Origin: an uncultured Thiotrichales bacterium
Lineage (GTDB): Bacteria > Pseudomonadota > Gammaproteobacteria > UBA4575
NCBI GenBank assembly: GCA_964636225.1
Contig: CAZWQM010000005.1
Location: forward strand, 40,668 to 104,667
Length of the DNA stretch: 64,000 bases
Direction of reading: 5' to 3'
The translations under genes were made by a program, and so were the position numbers. Under the pieces are notes generated by a model. That model was not told the origin of the DNA and searched no databases. It saw only the letters and a list, made by a program, of their open reading frames with translations. This document shows, piece by piece, positions 50,827 to 60,840 of this stretch. Position 1 is the stretch's first letter. Each line of letters opens with the position of its first letter.

Positions 50827-52896
50827 TTAACTCTGAAGTAAGGAAATATCCGCGACCGTCATAAATAAACGGTGCACGCGGGAAAGCAGGTTAATACGGT
50901 TATTGCGCAATTGTTCATTATCATCCATGACCATCACCTCATCGAAAAATTGATCGATCGCAGGTTTTAATTGTGCCAAGTCTGTCATGGCTTGATTATA
51001 ATTGCGCGCCTGAAATTTAGGTGAGACTATTTCTTCTAATTCACTGAGTTGCTGAAAAAGATATTTCTCGGCTTCCTTTACCAAAAGACCCGTATCAACT
51101 TCATCGGTTTTAGTCTTGGCTTTCTTAAGTATATTTCCGATGCGCTTGTTTGCCGCCGCAAGGCTGCCGGCCTCCGATAAAAGACGGAATTGTTTAATCG
51201 CTTCCATGCGGTTTGCGAAATCAAGCAACTGGGTAGGCTTGACACTTCTGACGGCTTCAAACGTATCTGGTGAATGTCCCTGATCTATAAAGTAACCGCG
51301 TAAACGATCCAAAATAAAATCAAGAACTTCCTCAGAACTGTTGGAGGTATCCAATTTGTTTTCAAGAGAGTGAGCAGAGCATTCAAGAAGTTTTTGTAAA
51401 TCAAAATCGACCTGGCCTTCTATGCAAATCCGAACAACACCCAGAGCAGCGCGGCGTAGGGCATAAGGGTCTTTGACGCCACTGGGTTTTTTGCCGGTGG
51501 CAAAAATGCCTACTAGTGTATCAATACGATCACAAAGTGCCACGATTTTACCTGTAAGACTGATAGGTAAAGTGCTTCCGGATTGCAAAGGCTGATAATG
51601 TTGTTCAATGGCCTGTGAAACTTGATCAGGTTCTTTATCGTGTTGAGCGTAATAGCGACCCATGATGCCTTGTAGCTTGGGGAATTCATTGACCATGTCA
51701 CAGACAAGGTCAGCTTTACACAACAGCGCAGCTCGAGTCGCATGCTGGTCGTCTATGTCCAGAGCGTTGCACAGAGCGCTGGCAAGATGAGCAATACGTT
51801 GTGTTTTCTCCAGGATGGAACCTAATTCTTTTTCAAACAAAATACCCTGCAAGTCTTTGGTTCGACTTTCCAGCGTTCTCTGTCTATCACGTCGCCAAAA
51901 AAAATCTGCGTCTTCAAAGCGAGGTTTAATGACGCGCTCATTACCCTGTTTAATAATGAGTGGATTGCGACTTTCAATGTTCGCTATAGTAATAAAGTAC
52001 GGTAATAGGGCCCCGTCCAGTTTGGAAAACATGGGAAAATAACGCTGTGCATCCTGCATCGTTGCTACCAGGGCTTCTAGTGGAATTTCCAAAAAGGCTT
52101 GTGAAAATTCACCTACAATAGGACTGGGCCATTCCACCAGATTGGTTACTTCCTCCAATAAAGAGTCATTGTACTTTAGTTCAGCATTATGTTTTTCGGC
52201 ACATTCCTCCAGCATGCGGCGTATGGAATCCTGACGCTCGGAAAAGTCGACAATCACTTTTGCCTGACGTAGTGATTCGATATAGTCATCGGCATTTGAA
52301 AGTGTAATTGCCTGTGGTGCATGAAAGCGATGTCCATAACTGATATTAGAAGCAGTGATGCCTTTTATTTTGCAAGTAATTACTTCGCTGCCGTACATCA
52401 TGACCACCCAATGCACCGGACGAACAAACTCTACTTCACTGCTCCCCCAGCGCATGGGTTTAGGTATCGGAAGTTTAGTTAAGCCCTGTTCCAAAATTTC
52501 CGGTAATACCTGATGGATAGTCTTGCCGGCTTCAGTCGATTTAAAGTAAAGCCAGGCACCCTTGTCCGTCTCCAGAGTTTGTAGATCATGAATCTCTACA
52601 CCACATGAAGCTGCAAAACCGAGTGCGGCTTTTGAGGGTTCTCCATTTTTGTCGTAGGCAGCTTTTAGTACTGGGCCTTTGCGTTCTATGGTCTGTTCTG
52701 GCTGTTTTTCGCTGGCATCAAAAAGGAACATGACCAGGCGGCGTGGCGTCACACAGGGCAGGGCTTTGCTATAAGTAAAACCGGCTTCTGCTAATTGTGA
52801 AGCGACATAGTCTGACAAAGTGTCCGCTAGATTTTTTGCCGCCGTAGGAGGAAGTTCTTCGGTGCCGATTTCAACCAGTAATGTTTTTTTGCTCAT
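50827..52896 (-). CDS. glyS: Glycine--tRNA ligase beta subunit
   Basis: 689 aa. Confidence 0.95.
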   Translation of the reverse strand: MSKKTLLVEIGTEELPPTAAKNLADTLSDYVASQLAEAGFTYSKALPCVTPRRLVMFLFDASEKQPEQTIERKGPVLKAAYDKNGEPSKAALGFAASCGVEIHDLQTLETDKGAWLYFKSTEAGKTIHQVLPEILEQGLTKLPIPKPMRWGSSEVEFVRPVHWVVMMYGSEVITCKIKGITASNISYGHRFHAPQAITLSNADDYIESLRQAKVIVDFSERQDSIRRMLEECAEKHNAELKYNDSLLEEVTNLVEWPSPIVGEFSQAFLEIPLEALVATMQDAQRYFPMFSKLDGALLPYFITIANIESRNPLIIKQGNERVIKPRFEDADFFWRRDRQRTLESRTKDLQGILFEKELGSILEKTQRIAHLASALCNALDIDDQHATRAALLCKADLVCDMVNEFPKLQGIMGRYYAQHDKEPDQVSQAIEQHYQPLQSGSTLPISLTGKIVALCDRIDTLVGIFATGKKPSGVKDPYALRRAALGVVRICIEGQVDFDLQKLLECSAHSLENKLDTSNSSEEVLDFILDRLRGYFIDQGHSPDTFEAVRSVKPTQLLDFANRMEAIKQFRLLSEAGSLAAANKRIGNILKKAKTKTDEVDTGLLVKEAEKYLFQQLSELEEIVSPKFQARNYNQAMTDLAQLKPAIDQFFDEVMVMDDNEQLRNNRINLLSRVHRLFMTVADISLLQS

Positions 52897-52905
52897 GAAT
52901 AAATA

Positions 52906-53787
52906 TTATGTTGTGAGCAGGGGAAAGCCCATGATTTGTCTGGATTCAAGATAACGCGTGGCCACCAACCGCGCTAAGGTGCGAATTCGAAGAATGTATT
53001 GCTGACGTTCTGTCACGGAGATGACCTGGCGTGCATCAAGAAGATTAAAGACATGAGAAGCTTTTAACACCTGTTCATATGCTGGCAGTGGTAGAACACA
53101 TTCCAGTAAGCGATTACATTCTTTTTCGCTGCTATCAAATTCCGCAAATAAATAATCAGTGTTGGCCTGTTCAAAATTATAAGAAGATTGTTCCACTTCA
53201 TTTTGATGAAAAATATCGCCATAGCTGATGGTGTCGTTCCAGGCCAGCTGATAAATGTTTTCTTTTCCCTGCAGATACATCGCCAGCCGTTCAAGACCAT
53301 AAGTAATTTCGCCTGTGACCGGTTGACAATTAATCCCCCCGACTTGCTGAAAATAGGTAAATTGGGATACTTCCATCCCGTTTAACCACACTTCCCAACC
53401 AAGTCCCCAGGCGCCAAGTGTGGGCGATTCCCAGTTATCTTCCACAAAGCGAATATCGTGCTCCAGAGGGTCAATGCCAAGTTGTTGCAAGGACTCAAGG
53501 TATAAGTCCTGAATGTTATCGGGCGAAGGTTTGAGTATCACCTGGAACTGATAATAATGCTGTAGACGATTGGGATTGTCGCCATAGCGTCCATCTGTAG
53601 GACGACGACAAGGCTGAGCATAGGCCGCCTTCCAGGGTTCAGGACCAATCGAGCGCAGGAAAGTCCCGGGGTGAAAAGTCCCCGCTCCCATTTCTTTATC
53701 GAAAGGTTGTAATAAGACGCAGCCCTGATTAGCCCAGTATTGTTGCAGGGTGAGGATTATCGATTGAAAACTGGCATGTTCGGTCAC
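52906..53787 (-). CDS. glyQ: Glycine--tRNA ligase alpha subunit
   Basis: 293 aa, highly conserved. Confidence 0.95.
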   Translation of the reverse strand: MTEHASFQSIILTLQQYWANQGCVLLQPFDKEMGAGTFHPGTFLRSIGPEPWKAAYAQPCRRPTDGRYGDNPNRLQHYYQFQVILKPSPDNIQDLYLESLQQLGIDPLEHDIRFVEDNWESPTLGAWGLGWEVWLNGMEVSQFTYFQQVGGINCQPVTGEITYGLERLAMYLQGKENIYQLAWNDTISYGDIFHQNEVEQSSYNFEQANTDYLFAEFDSSEKECNRLLECVLPLPAYEQVLKASHVFNLLDARQVISVTERQQYILRIRTLARLVATRYLESRQIMGFPLLTT

Positions 53788-54467
53788 GTCGTTTCGTGTT
53801 GATTTTATGAAAAGCCGAGATTGTACCGCGTAAAAGCATGAATACGAGTATTTTTTCTGAATAGTCGTTAGTCTGAACGTAAAAATCCGGTTCTGTCATA
53901 CGAGTGTTTTAGGATCTGCCTGTAGACATCCATGTCCTGGCAGATTTCATCCTGAAACAAAAGATCATCCGTGAAATCTCAAGTCATTCGCCTAATTTAC
54001 CTTCCCTGATAAATTACGCTCTCCCTGAGCTTGAGTCTTGACTTCATTATTCCTTATACACTGCCCTAAAGTTGAACATTCTGTTTAACACTCTAGGTTG
54101 GGGCATCCTTGCCGAAGTACTGCTGGACTGAATTCCAATGAAGATTTCATTGTAAAGTCACGGCATGCATACACGAATGAAAGCACAGCAAGGGCTATGC
54201 CAATTTTGAATTGGTTGGTCTTCTGTATCTTGTTAACTAATTGATAAAATTAAAAATATAGATAACGAAAGGCTAAATTCAGAAGATAAACGTGTTATTG
54301 TAATCGTTTGTATTTGGGGGAGAAGCCAATCACGTTTAGCCATTTACTGACGCTATTTGACAATTTGTGGCGCTATAGATGACAGCGTGGGCAATTTACT
54401 TTATAAGAGCACTGCTTGGGAGCAAAAATTGTTTTTAGTTATTGCGGGGCAATAAATATGTTCATAA

Positions 54468-54515
54468 TGCACCAAATATGTGCAAAATAATCTATAAATG
54501 CACAAAATTTGTGCA
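54468..54515 (+). promoter_or_regulatory. Two tandem NtrC (NRI) enhancer-like sites upstream of glnA
   Basis: TGCACCAAATATGTGCA (54468-54484) and TGCACAAAATTTGTGCA (54499-54515) both fit TGCACC-N5-GGTGCA-type dyads. Their centres are 31 bp apart, at about -126 and -95 from the predicted start. This matches the E. coli glnAp2 geometry. Confidence 0.55.
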
Positions 54516-54575
54516 TATCTGGCTGTTTACTTGTGGTGCAAGATGCTAACTATTTGAATTCCCTGCCTGATTATG

Positions 54576-54592
54576 TGGCACATATCATGCTT
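54576..54592 (+). promoter_or_regulatory. Sigma-54 (-24/-12) promoter of glnA
   Basis: TGGCACatatcaTGCTT has GG (54577-78) and GC (54589-90) separated by exactly 10 nt. It lies about 85 bp upstream of the glnA ATG. Confidence 0.6.
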
Positions 54593-54674
54593 AACACCGG
54601 TCACAATACAAAACAAGAATAAACTCGGCCTAATTACTGGGTATTCAAATTTTTTAAATAATAGGAGTTTCTAA

Positions 54675-56084
54675 ATGTCCGCAAGTGATGTTTTAAAAAT
54701 GATAAAAGATAATGACGTACGATACGTTGATTTTCGATTTACAGATACGCGTGGAAAAGAGCAGCATGTCTCGGTGCCTGCACATAGCATTGATGAAAGC
54801 GTATTTGAATCTGGAAAGATGTTTGATGGATCATCTATTGCTGGATGGAAGGGCATTAACCAGTCAGACATGATTTTAATGCCAGATGCCGAATCTGCGG
54901 TGATGGATCCTTTCTTCAGTGAACCTACATTAATCTTGCGATGCGATATTTTAGAGCCGTCCACGATGCAAGCATACGAGCGTGATCCACGTTCTGTTGG
55001 CAAGCGTGCGGAAGCCTATTTGAAGTCATCCGGTGTGGCTGACACCGCCTTCTTTGGTCCTGAGCCTGAATTCTTTATTTTTGATGATGTACGCTGGAAA
55101 AATGAAATGTCGGGTGCATCTTTTGAGATTAATTCCGAAGAAGCCGCTTGGGCATCCAACCAGATTATGGAAGAAGGCAATATTGGTCATAGACCAGGAA
55201 TTAAAGGTGGCTACTTCCCGGTCCCACCTGTGGATTCATTACAGGATGTACGTTCGGCCATGTGTCAGGTGCTGGAAGAAATGGGCGTAGTAACAGAAGT
55301 ACACCACCATGAAGTGGGCACTGCTGGCCAGTGTGAAATTGGCACTCGATTTAATACTTTAACAATCCGTGCCGACCACAATCAGATACTCAAGTATGTG
55401 GTATTAAACGTGGCTCATAACTACGGCAAAACGGCGACATTTATGCCTAAGCCGCTGGTAGGTGATAATGGTAATGGTATGCATGTTCATATGTCTCTGG
55501 CGAAGGACGGTGTAAACCTGTTTACCGGTGACCTGTACGGTAACCTTTCTCAAACGGCCTTGTATTACATTGGCGGAATTCTGAAGCACGCTAAAGCCAT
55601 TAATGCATTTTCAAATGGCTCTACTAATAGTTACAAGCGCCTGGTTCCAGGCTTTGAAGCACCAGTGATGCTGGCGTACTCTGCGCGTAACCGTTCCGCC
55701 TCGATTCGTATTCCATACGAGTCAAATCCTAAAGCACGTCGCATTGAAGTACGGTTTGGTGATGCCTCTTCTAACCCGTATCTGACTTTTGCGGCCATGT
55801 TGATGGCGGGTCTGGATGGAATTCAGAATCAGATTGATCCGGGCGAGCCAAACGATAAGGATTTGTATGATCTTCCACCGGAAGAGGATGCGAAAATACC
55901 AAAAGTATGTGCTTCGCTGGAAGAAGCGCTGGATGCTTTGGATAAGGATCGAGAGTTTCTAAAAGCGGGCGGTGTGTTTAGTGATGATGCCATTGATGGC
56001 TACATTGCGCTGAAGATGCAAGAGGTGACTGCTTTGCGTCAGGCGGCCCATCCGATTGAGTTTGAAATGTACTACAGTTGCTAA
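54675..56084 (+). CDS. glnA: Glutamine synthetase type I
   Basis: 469 aa, including the adenylylation-site region (NLYDLPPEE). Confidence 0.97.
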   Translation: MSASDVLKMIKDNDVRYVDFRFTDTRGKEQHVSVPAHSIDESVFESGKMFDGSSIAGWKGINQSDMILMPDAESAVMDPFFSEPTLILRCDILEPSTMQAYERDPRSVGKRAEAYLKSSGVADTAFFGPEPEFFIFDDVRWKNEMSGASFEINSEEAAWASNQIMEEGNIGHRPGIKGGYFPVPPVDSLQDVRSAMCQVLEEMGVVTEVHHHEVGTAGQCEIGTRFNTLTIRADHNQILKYVVLNVAHNYGKTATFMPKPLVGDNGNGMHVHMSLAKDGVNLFTGDLYGNLSQTALYYIGGILKHAKAINAFSNGSTNSYKRLVPGFEAPVMLAYSARNRSASIRIPYESNPKARRIEVRFGDASSNPYLTFAAMLMAGLDGIQNQIDPGEPNDKDLYDLPPEEDAKIPKVCASLEEALDALDKDREFLKAGGVFSDDAIDGYIALKMQEVTALRQAAHPIEFEMYYSC

Positions 56085-56113
56085 TCGCGCTGAAAATTCT
56101 GTCATTTGTCTAA

Positions 56114-56140
56114 AAACGCCCCGTAAGGGGCGTTTTTTTT
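56114..56140 (+). terminator. Rho-independent terminator after glnA
   Basis: ACGCCCC-gtaa-GGGGCGT hairpin followed by an 8-T run. Confidence 0.7.
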
Positions 56141-56158
56141 GCAATCATTAATAAATTT

Positions 56159-56731
56159 GTGTATCTAAAACAAAGACATTTAAAAAGAGTCCAAAACATG
56201 AAGCTTTTACTCGTATCCGTACTGTGTTTGATGATCGTGAACGCGAATGCAGAACTATTTAAGTGGAAAGATGCCGACGGCAACACGATATTTTCGGACC
56301 AACCGCCACCGGATCAAAAAAATTGCGAGTTGGAGGTTGAAAAACAATCCCTGCCAAAAGTGAATACCTTACCTGCCCTTGAGATAAACAACGGCACCAG
56401 AACGTCTGTGCCGAAGAATACCGGGGAAGACAGGGTCGTTTATAAAAACTTAGCTATTATCAGCCCGGTAAATGATTCCGAAGTTCGCGAAAATTCTGGA
56501 AAAGTAACCATATCTGTACGTGTAGAGCCCGATAACTTCGCTGAACGTGGTCATCAGCTGGTTATCTATATGGATGGCATTGAAGTGTCTAAAGGTAATA
56601 GCACAGCGATTATGCTGGATAATGTAGATAGAGGGACGCACGAAATTAAAGCAAGCATTATTAATCACAGTGGCTTTGTAATTAAAGAAACCCGTAACAC
56701 GACTTTTACTCTGCACCGCTACCATACATAA
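56159..56731 (+). CDS. DUF4124-domain periplasmic protein (second copy in the window)
   Basis: It has a signal peptide (probable start MKLLLVS at 56198) and an ELFKWKDADGNTIFSDQ motif. Confidence 0.6.
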   Translation: MYLKQRHLKRVQNMKLLLVSVLCLMIVNANAELFKWKDADGNTIFSDQPPPDQKNCELEVEKQSLPKVNTLPALEINNGTRTSVPKNTGEDRVVYKNLAIISPVNDSEVRENSGKVTISVRVEPDNFAERGHQLVIYMDGIEVSKGNSTAIMLDNVDRGTHEIKASIINHSGFVIKETRNTTFTLHRYHT

Positions 56732-56752
56732 AAATTCCTTTCCATTCGCTTT

Positions 56753-56769
56753 TGCACCAATATTGTGCA
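56753..56769 (+). promoter_or_regulatory. NtrC-type site upstream of ntrB
   Basis: TGCACCAATATTGTGCA has the same dyad as the glnA sites. It lies about 135 bp upstream of the ntrB start. In E. coli, glnLp is NtrC-regulated. Confidence 0.4.
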
Positions 56770-56903
56770 ATAGTGGGGTTTGTCAAATTGAATATTTACT
56801 TTGATTCGGCTTCGATATGTCGAATGTGCGCCGTTTTGCGACAATAGCACCGAAATCAAGCTTTTAACGTGAAACTGGTTCAGAAATTGCTAGAAAAATA
56901 GTT

Positions 56904-57953
56904 ATGAAGGACAGCTTTTATGCATCGATTGTTGATTCTCAGGCAACAGCGATATTACTACTGGATGAACACTGTGATCTTGAATATATGAATACATCGG
57001 CAGAAGCCATTTTTAGCATCAGCAGTACACGAGCAAAAGGCACTGCTTTTTCAACTATGCTGGTGGATGAAGATAATGTTTTCTATGAGCGAATACAAAC
57101 TTCCATCAGTCGGGGTGAGTCCTGGACCGAACATGAGTGTCTGTTACGCGTGGCACCAAACAAGGAAGTGACGGCGAATCTAACCATTAATCCGGTGGAA
57201 CTGGGTGGTGAAGAAAAAGTATTGGTCGAAATTATTACTCTGGATCGTCAGCTTAAAATTCTTAAGGAAAGTCATTTATTAAAAGAACACCAGGCTACGC
57301 GAAGTATGTTGCGAGGAATGGCTCACGAAATAAAAAATCCACTGGGCGGACTGCGCGGAGCAGCACAATTGTTAGAGGGTGAATTGGAAGATGATGAACT
57401 GACGGAATATACCCGCATTATCATCAAGGAGGCAGATCGATTACACAAATTGGTCGATCGAATGCTCGGACCAAATATGGTTCCGAATAAAGTGCCGCAG
57501 AATATTCATGAAGTGTTACACCATGTTTATAGCCTGGTTTCTGTTGAAGAAATTAAAAATATTAATTTCAGAATTGATTATGACCCAAGTATTCCTGAAA
57601 TTAGCTTTGATCGGGATTTGCTGGTTCAAGCAATTCTGAATATTACTCGCAACGCAATTCGTGCTGTAGCGGAGGATGGCGAGATTGTTTTTAAAACACG
57701 AGTATTGCGACGCCACACAATTAATGGTGTCCCGCATAAGCTGGTTGCCTGTATTAGCATAATCGATAACGGACCTGGGATCCCGGAAGATATTGCAGCA
57801 AAGATTTTTTTCCCGATGGTATCGGGTCAAACAGGGGGTTCCGGATTGGGTCTGGCCATATCACAAATGCTGATAAATCAACATGAAGGGTTAATTGAAT
57901 TTGAGTCGGTGGCAGGGAGAACAGAATTCAGAGTGATGTTACCCATTTACTGA
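56904..57953 (+). CDS. glnL: Nitrogen regulation sensor histidine kinase NtrB (NRII)
   Basis: 349 aa with an H-box (MAHEIKNPLGG) and a HATPase domain. It lies between glnA and ntrC. Confidence 0.9.
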   Translation: MKDSFYASIVDSQATAILLLDEHCDLEYMNTSAEAIFSISSTRAKGTAFSTMLVDEDNVFYERIQTSISRGESWTEHECLLRVAPNKEVTANLTINPVELGGEEKVLVEIITLDRQLKILKESHLLKEHQATRSMLRGMAHEIKNPLGGLRGAAQLLEGELEDDELTEYTRIIIKEADRLHKLVDRMLGPNMVPNKVPQNIHEVLHHVYSLVSVEEIKNINFRIDYDPSIPEISFDRDLLVQAILNITRNAIRAVAEDGEIVFKTRVLRRHTINGVPHKLVACISIIDNGPGIPEDIAAKIFFPMVSGQTGGSGLGLAISQMLINQHEGLIEFESVAGRTEFRVMLPIY

Positions 57954-58000
57954 AACAGAAAAAATGATTAACAAAGATAAAACGTACAGAGAAATAAATA

Positions 58001-59425
58001 ATGAAAAGTGATGTTTGGGTAATCGATGATGATCGATCTATTCGTTGGGTGTTGGAACGTGCGCTTAAAAAAGCCGATCTTGATGTAACACTATTTGAGT
58101 CAGCCAATAATGCCATGCAAGCGCTAGCGTCGAATGCGCCTCAAGTTATTATTACTGATATTCGTATGCCTGGTATGAACGGGTTTGAATTTTTGGAAAA
58201 AGTTCAAGCGCAACATCCGGAGTTGCCGGTAATTGTTATGACTGCACATTCCGATTTGGATAATGCAGTCCATGCCTATAAAGGTGGAGCCTTTGAGTAC
58301 CTTCCAAAGCCTTTTGATGTTGATGAAGCGGTAGAGCTGACCAAACGCGCCTGCCAATCCAACACAGAAGAAAATCCACCCTATGCCGAGACCGAAGAAG
58401 TCCCGGAAATCATAGGGGAATCGCCGGCCATGCAAGAAGTGTTTCGCGCTATTGGCAGGCTCTCGCGTTCTAGCATAACCGTGTTGATTAATGGTGAAAC
58501 CGGAACTGGAAAAGAGCTGGTGGCTCATGCGCTACATAAGCATTCTCTTCGCAGTTCAAAACCCTTTATAGCCCTGAATATGGCAGCCATTCCCAAGGAT
58601 CTGCTGGAGTCGGAATTGTTTGGGCATGAAAAAGGCTCATTTACGGGGGCGCAAGGTCTAAGACGAGGTCGTTTTGAACAGGCCAATATGGGGACATTAT
58701 TTCTAGATGAAATAGGCGATATGCCAGCAGACTTGCAGACTCGCCTGCTTCGTGTGTTGTCTGATGGCGAATTCTACCGCGTCGGAGGGCAGGAGCCCAT
58801 CAAAGCCGATGTAAGAATCATAGCTGCAACCCATCAAAATTTACAGAAGCTAGTAGAGAAGGGTGAATTTCGTGAGGACTTGATGCACCGTCTGAATGTA
58901 ATCCGAATTCAGGTCCCCGCTTTAAGAGAACGTCGCCAGGATATACCCCTTCTGCTTAAAAACTTTCTGACCTCGGCGGCGAATGAACTGGAAGTGGAAG
59001 TCAAACAACTTGAAAGTGAAGTAGTTACTTATTTAAGCGGACTTGAGTGGTCGGGCAATGTACGCCAGCTGGAGAATTTATGTCGCTGGCTCACTGTTAT
59101 GGCATCGGGTAAAACAATTCATCTGGAAGATTTGCCGCGGGAGCTTAAAGAAGGCGATCTACCGATGGATACCTCAGCGAATTGGCAATCTCTGCTGGCT
59201 AGTTGGGCAGATCAAAAACTTGATAACGGAGATGCAGAGATTCTACAGAATGCGACGCCTCAGTTTGAGCGCGTGCTGATAGAAGTAGCAATGAAGAAAA
59301 CTGGAGGAAAAAGACAGAGAGCAGCTAAATTACTGGGTTGGGGACGAAATACTCTGACACGTAAAATTCAGGAGCTGCATATGTATGAGTACGGCAGTAA
59401 ATCTGTAGAAGAGCGTGTGGGATAA
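58001..59425 (+). CDS. glnG: Nitrogen regulation response regulator NtrC (sigma-54 activator)
   Basis: 474 aa with a receiver domain, an AAA+ sigma-54 interaction domain (GESGTGKE, GAFTGA) and a C-terminal helix-turn-helix. Confidence 0.93.
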   Translation: MKSDVWVIDDDRSIRWVLERALKKADLDVTLFESANNAMQALASNAPQVIITDIRMPGMNGFEFLEKVQAQHPELPVIVMTAHSDLDNAVHAYKGGAFEYLPKPFDVDEAVELTKRACQSNTEENPPYAETEEVPEIIGESPAMQEVFRAIGRLSRSSITVLINGETGTGKELVAHALHKHSLRSSKPFIALNMAAIPKDLLESELFGHEKGSFTGAQGLRRGRFEQANMGTLFLDEIGDMPADLQTRLLRVLSDGEFYRVGGQEPIKADVRIIAATHQNLQKLVEKGEFREDLMHRLNVIRIQVPALRERRQDIPLLLKNFLTSAANELEVEVKQLESEVVTYLSGLEWSGNVRQLENLCRWLTVMASGKTIHLEDLPRELKEGDLPMDTSANWQSLLASWADQKLDNGDAEILQNATPQFERVLIEVAMKKTGGKRQRAAKLLGWGRNTLTRKIQELHMYEYGSKSVEERVG

Positions 59426-59438
59426 TAATATTGAGTAG

Positions 59439-60377
59439 CTAATTTAGACTTAGGCTGCCGACCAGCTCAGATATATGTGAAAGTTGATGCTCATTTAAGT
59501 AATCACATAAGATCTGATTAATGCTGGCACAAATCAGTGGGTCATAATAAAGGCCGGTTCCGATACCCACCGCACTGGCACCCGCAATGATAAATTCCAG
59601 TGCATCTTCTCCGCTGGCAACGCCTCCCTGACCGATGATAGGGATATTATGGTTTTTACACACCTGATAAACCTGATGGACTTTTAATAGCGCAATAGGT
59701 TTTATTGCAGGACCGGATAAGCCGCCCTGATTATTTCCAATCACGGGCTTGCGTGAATGAATATCAATCGCCATTCCCATTAAGGTATTAATCACCGCAA
59801 ACGCGTCGGTTCCTGCTTCAATACAACGCCTGGCGTTATACGCAATATCTGTCTGATTGGGCGATAATTTGGTAATTAAGGGTTTATCGGTCACCTTTCG
59901 ACATGCCGCAACCACGCGTGCAGACATATCTGGGTCATTACCAAAGGCAACGCCGCCCTCTTTTACGTTGGGGCAGGAGATGTTTATTTCTATGGCATCA
60001 ATTGGTGAGTCATCAAAGATACGCGTGACTTCAGAATATTCTTCCAGAGTGGAACCGGAGACATTAGCGATATAACGTGTCTCACTGAAATCGAGTTTAG
60101 GCAGATAATCTTTAACCACTGTTCTGACGCCGGGATTTTGCAAGCCGATAGCATTCAGCATTCCAGCCGGAGTTTCATATACGCGATGTGCCGGATTGCC
60201 CAATCGGTTTTCAAGTGTGGTACCTTTTAAACAAATCGCGCCGATTTCCTGATTAGAATATCCCGCCACGCGCGTGTATTCTTGCCCGAAGCCAACACAA
60301 CCTGAAAGTAATACCAGAGGTGTCTGAAAATCCAGACCGCAAAACTTACTATGTAATAGTTGATATTTAGAATCCAT
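59439..60377 (-). CDS. Class-1 dihydroorotate dehydrogenase-family flavoprotein (PyrD-1B / dihydropyrimidine-dehydrogenase-like catalytic subunit)
   Basis: 312 aa TIM-barrel oxidoreductase with LLSGCVGFGQEY and a catalytic Cys in NISCPNV. Confidence 0.75.
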   Translation of the reverse strand: MDSKYQLLHSKFCGLDFQTPLVLLSGCVGFGQEYTRVAGYSNQEIGAICLKGTTLENRLGNPAHRVYETPAGMLNAIGLQNPGVRTVVKDYLPKLDFSETRYIANVSGSTLEEYSEVTRIFDDSPIDAIEINISCPNVKEGGVAFGNDPDMSARVVAACRKVTDKPLITKLSPNQTDIAYNARRCIEAGTDAFAVINTLMGMAIDIHSRKPVIGNNQGGLSGPAIKPIALLKVHQVYQVCKNHNIPIIGQGGVASGEDALEFIIAGASAVGIGTGLYYDPLICASINQILCDYLNEHQLSHISELVGSLSLN

Positions 60378-60840
60378 GTTTCATGTCATTTTATACGAGC
60401 CGGAAATCCCGCCCAATACCGGGAATATTATGCGTTTATGCGCCAACAGTGGTTGTCAATTGCACTTGATTCATCCGTTGGGATTTGAGCTGGATGACAA
60501 ACGCATGCGGCGGGCTGGGTTAGATTATATAGATAAGAGCATAGTACAAGAATATCCAGATTATCCTAGTTGCATGGAAAAAATATCCGCCAAGCGAATA
60601 TTTGCTTGTTCGACCAAGGGTAAAAAAAATTATAGTGATATAAAGTATCAGCCAGGTGATGCACTGTTATTTGGTCCTGAAACACGTGGACTTCCAGTAA
60701 ATGTACTTAACAGCTTTGAAAAAGATCATATACTGCGTGTGCCCATGCTTGAAAACAGCCGTAGTATTAATTTATCCAATACTGTTTCCATCTTTGTCTA
60801 TGAGGCCTGGCGACAAAATGATTATATCGGAGCAGTTTAA
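60376..60840 (+). CDS. trmL: tRNA (cytidine34/5-carboxymethylaminomethyluridine34-2'-O)-methyltransferase TrmL
   Basis: 154 aa SPOUT family. The N-terminus MFHVILYEPEIPPNTGNIMRLCAN matches E. coli TrmL. Confidence 0.9.
   Translation: MFHVILYEPEIPPNTGNIMRLCANSGCQLHLIHPLGFELDDKRMRRAGLDYIDKSIVQEYPDYPSCMEKISAKRIFACSTKGKKNYSDIKYQPGDALLFGPETRGLPVNVLNSFEKDHILRVPMLENSRSINLSNTVSIFVYEAWRQNDYIGAV

Noticed and set aside
53788-54460. tRNA, sRNA or gene remnant in the long non-coding stretch upstream of glnA
   Set aside because: I found no T-psi-C-type GGTTCGANTCC motif or cloverleaf, no ORF over 30 codons with protein-like composition, and no terminator-like hairpin plus U-run. I cannot exclude an sRNA without expression data.
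54671-55003. 110-aa minus-strand ORF and other internal or antisense ORFs from the track (e.g. 15118..15411, 25227..25799, 32242..32484, 57516..57830)
   Set aside because: All are nested antisense or out-of-frame within strongly conserved genes (glnA, gyrB, mnmG, atpA, ntrB). They are shadow ORFs.
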